A stretch of 63,576 nt of DNA, counting the filler, from Atractiella rhizophila (taxonomy: Eukaryota): assembly GCA_021432655.1 (NCBI GenBank). It is 6 parts of 6 records of this genome, joined end to end, with 100 filler letters (N's around TTAATTAATTAA, not from the genome) between each part and the next. Parts side by side here need not be neighbours in the genome. Positions count along the whole stretch, not along the records: positions 24,138 to 46,345 come from MU271639.1; 5 more parts are not named here. One strand, given 5' to 3'. The position numbers and the translations under genes are program-made. Within the stretch, counting starts at the first letter, position 1; every line of letters starts with the position of its first letter. Below are positions 24,138 through 38,959 of this stretch, in pieces. The notes under the pieces are model-generated. The model had not been told where the DNA came from, did not search any database, and saw only the letters and a program-made list of their open reading frames with translations.

Positions 24138-26190
24138 CGCCCATGCCATGCTACTGGGGAAGAGAGAGAACCGTGGAAAGAGTTTAAGAGAAGGGGTCAA
24201 GGACAGCCGTGTTACTACGACTGTATCGGAAGTTACCATTGTTTAGTAGTTGCGTCGGGTCTTAGTGGGTCTTGAGACTTTTTTTCTTCTTTCGTCGTAA
24301 TAACAGGAAAAGAAACCTATAAAGGACTAAACCAAAGCGCTATCTGTAATCGTGATCGTCCGTAACTTTACAAGGTTTAACGCAACTTATCCTGTGGTAT
24401 AAAGGTCTATAGAGTATATAGACGGAGACGTGCTACAAACCAACCTCTTTCTTTACTATTAAAGCCTTCTCTGCTCTTGTTTACATGTCGCAATAACGTA
24501 AACGTACAGCTTTAACCTTGCATTTAACTTCGATCGTCCCGTATTTGTAGCACCTGTCCTTTCTACTCCTTGATAGTATGTTAATCTTTTAAAACTCTCT
24601 TATCTAAATAGCCGTACTGGCGTGAGGAATTCGGATTTGTCCTCGCAATACTACTCAACCAACCCATGGCACGCGGGGTATGGGACCCGGTAGTCTAGCC
24701 ATACGCACCCACCCGCCAAGTCCTAACATTGGAGAAGCAGCAAGCGGCTGCCCCTCTTAGTACAAGCGTAACAGTGAGCAATGAGAAACTGCAACCGTTA
24801 GTATCAACTGTGAGTGAGAAACGACTTTTAAATGTCGTCGCTTTTCTTCGGCAAAACTCCCTCTCCAACTTGCGTACCAGCATATCATCTTCAAAGTCAG
24901 CCTCATTTCCGCTGCTCCCGTCTCGCTACCAACCCCATCGCGTTCTCCCAACCACTCATTTGAGGACGACTCCCTCCAGTCAAGATATCTGTTTCCTGTT
25001 GATGTGTGATAGTAAGTGACTAATGTAATGACACAATTATTTGCAGACGAGTTGAAAGTAGAACTGCACCGGGTGACTAGCACACACTTTGTAATACGAA
25101 TAACATAAATGAGCATTCTTCGTACTTTATGAGTCATTTTCTTTTGTCGCAGTCTTGCTTCCGTGACCCTGTTTCTCTCCCTCACACACAACCACCATCT
25201 TCTCTGAGCTTGCCTGTATTGAGGTATAGCTAGTGCTGTGTGTGAGGTGAGTACTCGTTAATTTCTACCTTTATTGTGCTTTGCTCATCGGGCACTTGTT
25301 TAAGGTCACATTTCATCTCCCTTTCCGAGTTCGAGGTATTTTATCGTTCTAGAACACTCAAAGAGGGTGTGTTATTTCCTTTTCACCCTCTTCTCGCTTA
25401 TTCATGCCCGTTCTCTTTCGTAGGGCTGTGCCAACAGCCTTGTCCGCTCTCTGTTAGCCCTCGCGGACTCTTTGGGTGTTTTAGGTACGCATACTTCATT
25501 GTTACTTATGCTTCTATGTTCCTTTTCTTATACTATGCAAACCATGTTTTAGAACCCATTATTTCGAACTCACCGCCGCTAAACGAGCCTTGCCAGCTCT
25601 CACTTAGTCGCGTTATACACTTGCAGAATCAGATTGTTGATTGAAATTACATTTGGATGTAGACGGCCAGTGATTTCGGTACAATGTCCATGGTCATGGC
25701 GAGCTCTTTCCCTTCACATCTTCATGCTCAAGTCACGGTTTCAGGAAAGAATATCTTCCCTCGCATTGTTAGATCTCCCTGAGCCCTACATTAACTCTCC
25801 CTCCACAAATCCTCCTCGACAAGCTCCGTGGAGGGTCTCAAGAGACCGATTACATTTAACTGAGAAAGTCTTCGTCTCGGTTCCTCCTCGAATCTTTTTG
25901 GGTCGAGTATACTCAGTTAACTTGAAACCAGGCTGTACTGCAAAGTTTTAAGCAGCTCGAGGATCAACCTACAATAACACAAACGAATCTTAGGCAGCAG
26001 GTTCGAGCTCGTGCATAGTTCAGTCGGTTTTCCCGTTGAAGGAGCAAGATGCTGAAATGTCCAGAACTTAAAAATGCACCGATAGCTCTAGTCATTCCAA
26101 TATTCCGTATTTTCACATTGAGTTAGATTGAGATGGAGCTACAGCAATTCCCTACAACCATTTTTCGTAGTTTGTGTATACATAATCCAG

Positions 26191-28619
<2,429 letters not shown>

Positions 28620-28867
28620 CGTTTCTGTGTGAGTTTCTGGCTTCTGGGGGTATCGTGTGAAGATGTTGAGGCCAGGTGAGGTGGACGAGTGCTTAAGTAC
28701 TGACGTCGTGTTGAATCAGTTTCTACAGATGAGATCGATGAGATCGCCAATCTTTGCGACCGAAAAAAATTGGTTGCGTCCTCCCGCGCACTCTTTGAAC
28801 CTTCTAGTACTTTACCAAGCTTTCGACGAATATTGAATTTCGAGCTCGCTTGAAGGTTCTGTATCCC

Positions 28868-29971
28868 ATGGCACCTACAGAACTTACGAAATCTCGGAAA
28901 GCGGAAGCGGGCCGATTCAGGCGAATCCTCCTCATCCGACGACGAAGCAGCAGCAGTTGCACCTCCAAAGCCTCCAGCGCTTCAAAAACCGGGACGGCCA
29001 TCTACAAGCAGAAAGTTCTGCTGCTATGCTCTCGCGGCGTCACATTCCACCACCGGCATCTCGTCTCGGACCTCTTCTCGCTCCTCCCGCATTCGAAGAA
29101 AGAGAGCAAGCTGTCAGACAAACACTCGCTGCCCCAGATCAATGAGCTTTGTTTCCTGAGCTCGTGCACTGTCGCTATGTTCTTTGAGAGTCGCAGACAG
29201 AACGATATGCTCTACCTTTGGACGGCGCTCGCACCTAATGGACCGAGCATTCGGTTTCAGGTGCTGAGCACCAATACGATGGAGGAGCTGAGGTTCGAGG
29301 GGAATTGCTTGAAAGGTGGAAGAGGGATCGTGCTCTTTGGACAAGAGTTTGAGAGCTCGGATATGTGGAAGACATGCAAAGAGATACTAGGACGGGTGAG
29401 CTTTTCTGTTTTGGTTCTGTATATCGGTGTTGAGGAAAGGGGCATGTGAAGGCTTTCGCTGTACCCAAAACGTCAAGAAGGGTAAAACCCTTCATCGATC
29501 GCATCATCAACTTCTCCATTCTAGACGGCAAGATCTGGTTCCGGCACTACCAGATCATCGAAGAGTCCTCTCCAGCTTTAAAAACGAAAAAGTCTAAAAC
29601 TGCCCCGACTTCCGACCAAGCTGGAGCGGAGGTAGAGGAAGAGAAGGACGGTATGCGGCTCGTCGAGATTGGACCCCGCTTTGTCCTCCTCCCAATCAAG
29701 ATCTTCGAAGGTAGTTTCTGTGGCGCAACCGTGTATGAAAACCCTGGTTCGTCCTTCTCCACCTCTTTCTGAGGTTTTGCTAACGGCACGAGCAGAATTC
29801 GTCCCTCCCTCTCAGATCGCGGCTGCAAAGCGGCTCGAGAAGGCAGACAAATATTTGAAGAGGAAAGGAAAGCAGATGGAGCGCACGGCGCGGGAGGCAG
29901 AGATTCAGGAGATGTTGGAAGAGGAGAGGGAGAACCAAGGGTTCATGGAGAAGAGGGCTGTCTTTGCTTAG
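28868..29971 (+). CDS. BRX1: Ribosome biogenesis protein Brx1 (Brix domain)
   Basis: KQKVLLLCSRG..HRHL..LLPHSKKESKL, PNGPSIRF, TMEELRFEGNCLKG, KPFIDR..DGKIWFRHYQI, LVEIGPRFVL..IKIFEGSFCGATVYENP. Confidence 0.95.
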
Positions 29972-30205
29972 CCACATGTGGTCGAATATATTCAGATTTT
30001 CCTCTCACAATCGCTCTTCCGCTCCGTGCTACTGTCCTTCCGTTAAAGCGCTCGCAAACAAGGATAGAGCACAGCTTGACACAGCCACGTGACCCGGAGC
30101 GTCAAGCTGCTTCGCGACTTCACAACGACCACATATATAAGACCTTACAGTATTTGCCTTGCTTATTCTCCTCCCAAGCTTCACGACAATCTGGTATTCC
30201 GCAGA

Positions 30206-30835
30206 ATGGCATCCACCCTCCCCTCTAACCTCTCCGTGCTCCTTTCCCGCCCTGCCCCAAGCCTTGCTCCTCCCACGTCTGTTTATGACCCGGATTTGAC
30301 GGTGCAGATTGAAAAGGCCGGAAAGGGGAAGGGGAAAAATTGGAGAGCCGGTACGTCCCTCTTCTTCCCAGAATTTGAGAGTGCCACTGATGGAAGCTGA
30401 GACAGCGCTGCATCTGCTCAACGACGATATCAATGCTTGCCACGAACTGGTGCAGTCTCAAGAAGGGGTCAGTCGTTCCTCTCTCCGACTCCGTGGAGCA
30501 GTAGCTAAAGAGTAGATGTAGAATATGATCAGCGACTCGATGCACGCGATGCTTCACCGCCGTGAAGGTATGTGCATTCTCGATTCCTCAGATGCCTTAG
30601 TAATCTTACAAACCCATCGCCAGGAGAGTACTGGAACAGCAAATGGTGGCTTTCTCGAATCAACAACCCGGTCTTTAAATCTCTTCATGGTTCTTCCTCT
30701 GGAGCAAAGAGCTTCGTGGATCGAGTAGAACAAGCTGTCCTCAACAACCGGGGAGATAGCGAGGAGGAGCTGAAAGAACTCCAGTGGACGGAACTGAAGG
30801 AGGTTGCTGAGCAAGCATTCAATGAATCTCGATGA
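30206..30835 (+). CDS. Conserved hypothetical protein (ALHLLNDD..HELVQ / HAMLHRREGEYWNSKWW motif)
   Basis: Four exons join in frame across GT-AG introns; His/Asp-rich motif. Confidence 0.7.
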
Positions 30836-30945
30836 AGCCAAGGTTTGATAAAGGAGTGAATGCATTTCTTTCATACCTGGACCTTGAAGATGATGTAGCT
30901 TTCTTCACCATCACACTACCATATTTTAGATCCCATCACCAGGCG

Positions 30946-32645
30946 TTAGTGATAGTGATAAATAGTGTACGGGCGCGTCCTCGCGAACCCTACACGCACT
31001 TTCTCAGAATCCCAAACGGTGTAATAATGCTGCAGACCACTAAGCTGACATGGACAAGGACAAAACGATGTTAGTCAAACGCACCTTGAACAAGGAAGAA
31101 CCGATAATGGGAGGTAACTCGTATTGTCCTCCATCGATAGTAATGAACGCAGCATCATTGATAAAGGTTTGTAAATACCCTTCTTGACCCGTAGCGGGAC
31201 CAACGGTCAGCTCGCTGGAGGGGACGACGAGAACAGTGTCATTCCCTGATTCGTCCTTGAAGCTGAAAGACAGTTTGGAGAGTAAATTTTTAGCGTCCCC
31301 TTTCTTGATCATGTACGTTCCCAGTTCGGATGGATTGGGAACTATTTTCTTAGAAATAGAGGAGTATATGGCCTGGATAGCCTGTTTGAGTAAATTTTGC
31401 GTCTATAAATCACTCACACGAGTGATATTCTTCGGCAAGTTCATGGTGGATGTGCCTGTACAGTAAGGACGTCAACAACAACAGACAGATCCCATAGACA
31501 TTACCAGAATCAAAGATGATACTGAGTGGGACTTCAAAGCCTGCAACCGCTTTGCCTTCGTTCACCTTGAGAGACGTGGCATTGAGGATCCAATATCCGT
31601 CCGAATTATCAGCAGGGATGTAAGTAGGCTCTCCTCGAAACTTGCTGTAGTCGATGCCCCCAAGAGTCAGCTCTGCACCGCCGACACGCGCAGGCGTAAA
31701 GTAAAGTGAGAAGACAGCTGTGAAACAAAAATGAGCATAGATCCTGTCACGAATGAGGGATGCTGCTGGCGCACAGGGTAGACCTTGCTCCACCAGTTTT
31801 CCAAAAAACGAGCCAGGAGCAGAACCGAGGCCCAAGAGAGCTTCAATTGGTATATCTCGCCACAAAGGGGTCTCACTACCACCATTCTGTGAGCATCAGT
31901 CGACGATAGACGCTCGATGCTTACTCCTCTATGAGCCAAAAGTCAACGTCATCCACAATAAAGTTTGCGAGTTGGACGCGGTCTGTTGCGCCACTCAGCG
32001 TCAAAGTCCAATCTGTAGTCTACAGGTTCTATCAGCTTGATAGAATCTCGCGCAGACGACATACTGTGTTCGTGATCTGTTGAACGGGGTGCACACCAAC
32101 GCCGGTCGTGAAAGGCAAGACCATAGTATCATTGCTTCGCGCTCGAAATGTAGAGCTTTGCGACGCATTGAACTGTCGATGATTGGCACAAGATGCGCAG
32201 GAGGAACCTGCATTTCCAATAACCCAACCGTTGAAATGTATTAATGCTTGGCTTACTCGGAATTTCCAAGTCAAAGCTTCCACTTTAAGGAAAGTAAGCT
32301 TTTCCTGACCAGGAAGTCAAGAAAAGAACTCGCGTGTCGAAAACAACTGTGAAGGTTTGTGGTGGTGTTCCCACATGAATCTCGCCATACCACCTAGCCA
32401 CATACGGTAAGTTATGTATGCTCGCTCAAATCTGAAGCTCACTGAAGGTCAGTTCCATTGAAATAATCTCTGAGGCGGACACTACTAGCTTTCAATGGCT
32501 TTGTCTCCAAATTTCGCCTTCCCGATCCGAGCTGTATCTTTCTTGAGGTGAGTTCCACAGTAAGCGGCTGTATCTTTTGCTTTGAAATAGCAAAAGGACG
32601 AGTCGCGAGTAATGCAATAAAGAAAAGGACGAGCGGAGGAATCAT
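30946..32645 (-). CDS. Secreted aspartic protease, pepsin (A1) family
   Basis: Signal peptide MIPPLVLFFIALLA; WYGEIHVGTPPQTFTVVFDT|GS; GAELTLGGID..YW; IIFDSG|TS; IIG..F|HYYTVWD...VGFA. Confidence 0.92.
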
Positions 32646-33648
32646 GATCTGGGGGGTTGAATATTTGGGAGGCGACGACAAAAGTGAGTGTTATGTGAAC
32701 GCCCCCCTACTTATATCGTTCATAAGGAGGCCAAAGTGCAGCTAATTACATACTGGATTGGATGTGGGGCGTAACGGGGAGAGCGGATGGAGCATTAGCA
32801 GAGGTGCAAGAGAAAAGGTAGCCGATACAGTGTGGCTGTCCATGAACTCGAATAAAGCAACGCGCCAGATACAACCATAATGGCAGGCCAGAGCCGCTGA
32901 TTCACACCCCCGCTCAGTGCGGCGGCGGCGGTGCCCCAACCAGGATAGAGTAGACTCGGAGTGGAAAAAACGGAGTGGGAGTCAACGCTGCACTCTGCCA
33001 GGTCCTGAAATGATCCTGGGAAAGAGCAGTGCTTCAAGAAAGAATATGTGGAAGATTGAGCTCGGCGCGAAGTAAGGACAGGAGGAAACAGTCAGGAAAA
33101 ACGCATCAACGGTAAGCTTTCCTGTCATCAGCTTTTCTTGAGTGACTCGGAATGCCGTGGCAGGGGTGAATCTGTCGGATGTGATAAACATTCCTTCGAC
33201 ACATTGTAGTATGATTTTAAAGGACGAGTTGAAAGCCCGACAATCTACGTTGCAAAAGAGAGCGATCTGTCAATAAAAAGCTGTACAACTACTAGCGGTT
33301 TTAGAATTACCTTCATGCGTAACGAGGAAGGAGAATAGAGGAGCAATGAGTGAAGTATAAGGGTGGCTTTAATAGCACCCTCACTGTGAGTGGATAACAG
33401 ATGGATTCTCTCTTTGCACCAGAACTGATTGTCATCAATAGGAATACATGTTGGACCATGAACACAATGGAACAACGTTACTGAGCCTAGAATTCATCTG
33501 GAAGAATTAGACCATGAGGAAGACATTGATCACCAAGCAAAGCAGAAGCGCTCAAAGCTGAAGGAATGGTGTGTTCCTTCTTTATATGTGTCTGCAACCA
33601 GTTCTCTAATTCATCATCCATTGCCTACGTGTGTAGCTCATCAAATCA

Positions 33649-34132
33649 ATGGACTCCAAAGCACCCGGAGGTGCAAAAAACATCGTTGATCTGACAGGAG
33701 AAACCGTCAAAGGCGACCCAGATATCCTAGCTTCAAAGGAGCTACAAGTGCGATTACTTATGTGGTTCGTTCCCTCTTAACTCCTCCAACCTTCTCTCAA
33801 GTGACAAAATCGTTGGTTAGCATGGAGGTTTGCGTGATCAGTGGGGTGATGCTCTGAAGATCGTCAGGAAAGAGTTTTGGAATGAAACTGCTAGCAATTG
33901 CCAGACAGCTTGCTTGAAGAGAGAATCAAACTGGAGGCAGATTGACTTTAACTGGCCCAAGGAGCTTCATGAAACTCACTCACAACACGACAACCAACGG
34001 TGAGGCTTGGGTGCGCCTTTCCTCTTTCTTGTGTATGGCACTAGTTCGATAAGTGATGAGGAGAATGAAGTGATATGTGAACAATGTCGTAGAGCCGGCT
34101 GCTTCAATGCGTGGCGTGCAGTGGGAATATAA
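33649..34132 (+). CDS. Small hypothetical 3-exon protein
   Basis: MDSKAPGG..ELQ|HGGLRDQW..HDNQR|SISDEENEVICEQCRRAGC..GI* joins in frame via two GT-AG introns. Confidence 0.35.
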
Positions 34133-34370
34133 GCAAATTATGCTACTCTTTTGCCAAAAACTGTATGATGTCTTTAGCGGTAGAACATGAATAAATCATG
34201 CACGTTAGCAGAGATATATCAATGCTTTCCCTACCTACTTTATGCATAGAGTGACAAAGGAACGAGAGGACCAATCATTGAAGACAATCGACGCATCGCA
34301 AATCTCACTAAAAGCAGGTTCTATCGCTGGCCCGTCTAGCCATTAGGTACAAACACAACTGATTAACATT

Positions 34371-36093
34371 TCACAAGGTTTCATACAAAAAATGGTGGTC
34401 GGAACAACGACGGTCGATAGGCGGCAATGTTGTCAATATCCCAAGATCCCTACAGACCGAAAATAATTTCTTGTCGTGGAAATTTTGGTAAAGACGCGCA
34501 TTCACCACCAAACGTCGCAATTGGGGATGGAGTCCATGCAGCAGATCCTGAACCCAGCAATCCCACCATTCCGAGCTGACATTGAAGTCGGTCCGAATTA
34601 CTTCGATCGTTGATGTAATCTGAGGAATAAGCCCTGGCGAAAAGGTGGAACCACCACATCGTAGCTCTCGAAGCTGCTTAAAGCGTTGGACAGCCGTCGT
34701 CAAAATCGATCCAACTTCGTCTCCTCCCGTTTCGAAATGCTGGTATCGAAGAGCTCGAAGCGTAGGTGTTGTCGCTAGGAAAATGTCCGGCACAGACTCG
34801 ACAGGACAGTCCAAGCAGTGGAGAGCTAATGCCTGTAGACGCGGCGCATTGCGGAGGATGACGAGCAGCTCGGAAACTCGTGTTGGACCAACTTTGCTGC
34901 GCGACAAGGCGAATGTACGCAAGTGAGGGAACGTTACAGGCTCTTTGTCATGACTTTCGAACGCGGTCCATCCAGAAATCTTCAGATGTTGTAGACCGGT
35001 TAGAGGACGCAAGATATCCAGCGGGAACTGGATTGAAAGACGGGACGGTGAAGGCTTGAAATCAAAGGAGGTGAACGTTTTCATGGCGCCAAGAAGGTCG
35101 AAAACATTACGCAATGGTCCCATTGATTTACGTATGGTTGCGTCTGGCGGATCGAACGAGAGGTGCTGAAGCATCGGACATTGCTTCAGAATACGGATGA
35201 GCCGTTTCGGATCGACGTAAGGGCAGCGCAAGTCGAGAGATCTTATGAGAGCACCAATATGACTGTTCGCCTCCAGGCGAGCTCTAAAAGTCTCCAGCTG
35301 CCCCGATTCAAGATCGATGTTCTCGTGCATCAAAAGTCGCGCGAGAGAGCACCAGGAACGTCGAACTAGTGACAGTTCCGCCAGCTCGATATGGGCGAAC
35401 CTTGCGGTCGTGTACCCGGTATAGACAACCATCCGGAAAATTCGAAGGAGGAGTTCCCGCGGTAGCATCGATAAAGACTGGGTGTCGTTCTGGTGTTCCC
35501 AGCACTGCAGACCAATCACCATGGATGTCATTCTCACATTCTCAATCAAGGAACGAACCATGTCAACATCCTCCTCAGCTTTTGCAGGTGATGAAGGAGC
35601 AAACAAGGAATCGTCGTCACTCATGTCCATATCGTCGCATTCGGTGGGATTGCTAGTAGAATATGAACCGATAGTCTGTCTCGAACTCGTCAGATACTGC
35701 CACAGCCGCAAAAATACGTACTTGTAACGAAAGGGGTGAATTAGCCATAAAATCTGAAGATGGTGGTGCAGAAAAGGTGATCTTGTTGACGCTATTTGAA
35801 GACTTCTGCTTCCGCACAAATTCGCTCAGTGATCAACTCAATAAGAAGAGAAGAAAATCAAACCTCTAAACAAAGAGGGACATGTAAGACAGGTGCGAAA
35901 GCGAAAGATGAAGGAAAGCTGTACTGGGGAGTTTGGTTGTTGGCTGCCATTGGAACGCATGAAGAAACCCCATCCTGGGACGATGTCTCAGTTCGAAGGT
36001 TTCAGTTGTTACCTCTCGACTCACCTGCTGGGCTGTTTGGGGTGTAAAGATATGGTTTCCAAAGTGTGCCTGTGCACAAAGTGGTTGGAACAT
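34371..36093 (-). CDS. F-box-like / RNI-like LRR protein (5' exons approximate)
   Basis: LPRELLLRIF..LSLVRRSWCSLAR F-box-like segment, CPMLQHL, LQHLKI, LRTFAL, LQALAL repeats; upstream donor site conserved with the paralog at 43279. Confidence 0.72.
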
Positions 36094-36899
36094 CGTGAAA
36101 TTAATGGAGTATTGGTCTAGAAAAAGCCTGAGCGATAAACATGCCCTTCAGACACTCCCATCACTAGTGAAGGGAATAACTCACCTTTGCTCCAATTAAT
36201 GCAGAAAGTTGCTGTTCTGTGCTTACTGCGCTTACTCTTGCTATCAACAAACCCTGTGGCCGCTCTTGTTGTCGGTTTGGTCGTCTACAATCTGACAGGT
36301 CTGATTACATAACATGTAAAGTTGTGGTGGTAACACGTGATACCTCGCGTTAACCAGGCATGCGATTTTACAGATTCGATGCCACATCTAGCAGGGTACC
36401 AGAGTTCCATTGCAACTCAATCCATTAGTACTATCGTACGTGTTGGAGATCGGTAGATGTCATCTGTTTGTTTCGTTTGCCTCGCGTTCTGGATGCCGTA
36501 CCAAACATATGCACCTCACCGCAAACCCGGGCTTATAAGTATGGCTTCATATGTTTCCCTTCTTCTTCTTTTCCTCAATCAATTTGTATCGCTTGCACAC
36601 TGATAAGTGATTGCGGACTATTATTGCAGAGTGATAAGAAATGAGCGTTCAGCAATGGTTAATGGGGTGGCATTTTTGGATTGGTGCCGAGAGGGATATC
36701 TACGCTTCCTTTTTCCCCCTTGAACTCTTGAACTATTATGTAGAGCCATCACGTATGAGCCGAGGAGAGAAGCTCTGCTCTGCTTCCCTTTCCCGAATTC
36801 TGTTGAAATGACTGTGCACTCTCCAAGAACGAACTGGTGTTGTATGCCTTCCTCTATCAGAACGGTCACTACGGCAGCGAATTCATATATATCATGGTT

Positions 36900-37180
36900 C
36901 GCCGCTACGACTGTCCCATCAATCCTGCCTCAAATAGAGCAGCACCTCCGTCGTTACATATGGCCATTCATCGGCAGCCTCTCAGCTAAAGAGTACCGCC
37001 AAACAACTCGAGAGATCATGGTTCTCGTCTTGCCAGTTGGAAGGATCGTGACGAAAAGGATGCGAGGAGGACGTGGCATTCGTCGACAAAGCAGAAGGAG
37101 GACAAGAAGAACTGAGTACACTCGACCCTCAGCATCGTATACTCTCTCCTCACCTCACGTTAGCTCCTCTTACGCATTAG
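36900..37180 (+). pseudogene. Degenerate internal fragment of the 40675-42685 gene
   Basis: ILPQIEQHLRRYIWPFIGSLSAKEYRQTTREIMVL vs LLPGIEEDLHRRIRPFIRRMLGKEYRKTTPDVIVL. Confidence 0.7.
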
Positions 37181-37334
37181 GGAGAAAGACCAGGACCAAG
37201 CATCTGAATACTAGATGAGCGGGGCATAGGAATTTGGGACATGGGGACTGGTGATAGGGTGAACGAATATGTAGAGACACCATTGACAAGACAATCTGTC
37301 GCCTAGTCAAGGAACAAGCACAAATGTGCCTTGT

Positions 37335-38959
37335 TCAATGTCCTGAACCCTTCCTCAACATGGCCCAAACTTTATCAACAAATTCCTGGCCAAAAGCGCT
37401 CCCAAATACCAATTCTAGCTTGCGCTTACCCTCCGTGACAAGCTCGGCAGCTTCCGCTTTCTTTGAGATCCACGTGAAAAAGTCCCTCCAAGCCTCTTTG
37501 GCTTCTTCGTCAGATTGCCTCGGATCAGGGTACGGCCCTCCCTTTCAAAAACGTTAGTGACATACGGAACAGGAGTAAACAGAACCAAATACTCACCCCA
37601 AGTTTATCGAAGATAAACAAAAAGCTAATCTGAGCAAGTTGCGTTTCTGACAAAGACTTTTCTGCGATCAGGTCCAAAATGCTCGACGCAACCTTCTCGT
37701 CATCCAGATGTTTCACCATCTGTAGGATCTTATGGTAGTCTGGATGAGCAGCGTTGTTCCGAATGCGACGAGTGACTTTCGTAAGAGCATCCCTTGCATC
37801 TTAGCCGCAGATTCAGCTTGAGTATTCGACGAATAAGGACAGAAATGACCTACGAAGGTCCGGAACGCGTGCTACCGCCTGCTTTCGTTCGGAGTCGCGT
37901 ATAGCGCCGGGGAGACGCCCTGCCGTTATAGCGACCAAGACTTCTTGAGCACCAAACAGACTCAATGGCTGATGAGCCTAACGTCGACTGAGCAAGCGAT
38001 TGAATCACAAGGTAGGGAACGTACAAGCCCCTACCAACGATTGTTGACAAAGCTCGATGAAAAGAAAGACCACGAAACCACGCACCATAGCCGCGAGCGT
38101 TTGTCTGAGCTTTTCCGCCAAAGAAATAGCGCGCGTTTCGACCTAAGCCATCGCAAGTAAGCTGACTGAACTCAAGCGTTACAACGCAACTGCGCATACC
38201 TCGTCCCTCTCTTGCATTGCTCTAGATAATTCACAACGCAACTCATACTCCGTTCGGGTGTCAGATTCCTATCCCATATCAGCCACAAAACCTTTTGAAA
38301 AATACCGTAGCTTGCCATAGCATCCTGCCCAAATGACGGGAAAGCACTTAATGTTCAGAATCATTGTGAAATTAATTGAGCACTCACAGTCGCTCCTATG
38401 ATCAGAGGAGGTATCTCGTAGTCAACTTCCATTGGAATCGCCGGATCGTTGTCAAACGAGAGCTATCGACGGTTTCAGCGGGGTCTGAATTAATGTAAGC
38501 GCTCACTCCGTTCTAGAAATGTAAAATTGGAGTCAGCAACGAGCGAAGACGAAGTCTATGACGAAGGAAACTCACTATGGCATCAGACATCGGGAGGTCG
38601 GTTTTCAACGCCTGTGTTCATATTGATGCCATGCCGACCGACAAGTACCAGCGTACCTCATAGGTTTTCATCGCCACTTGGGCCTGTAAATAAGCATGTC
38701 ATTAACCAACAATTTAAAAGGTAGAGGAAGTTCATACCGTAAGGTGATACTTTTCTGCACCTCTTTGGAGCATCACCATTTGATCCCCAGCGGTCGTCAC
38801 GCTGCCGGAAAGGACGGTATGTTGGCTTGTTGCGGCATTCAGCTGGTTTTGCAATCTTAGTACAGTCGGATCTGACTCGAAGTCGTCCTCGGCTGGGCTA
38901 GGAGGATGTGGGGGAGAGGGTGGAGACTCGAAAGGCTCTGGTTGGCGACGACTGGACAT
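37335..38959 (-). CDS. Hypothetical multi-exon protein
   Basis: MSSRRQPEPFESPPSPP..LQNQLNAA exon, many short GT-AG introns, final exons DYHKILQMVKHLDD..DKLG and WRDFFTWI..KVWAMLRKGSGH*. Confidence 0.5.

Noticed and set aside
23990..24700. CCATGG-rich motifs either side of the first linker as possible transposon ends
   Set aside because: Only ~8-bp inverted matches, interrupted by an artificial gap; no transposase or TSD visible.
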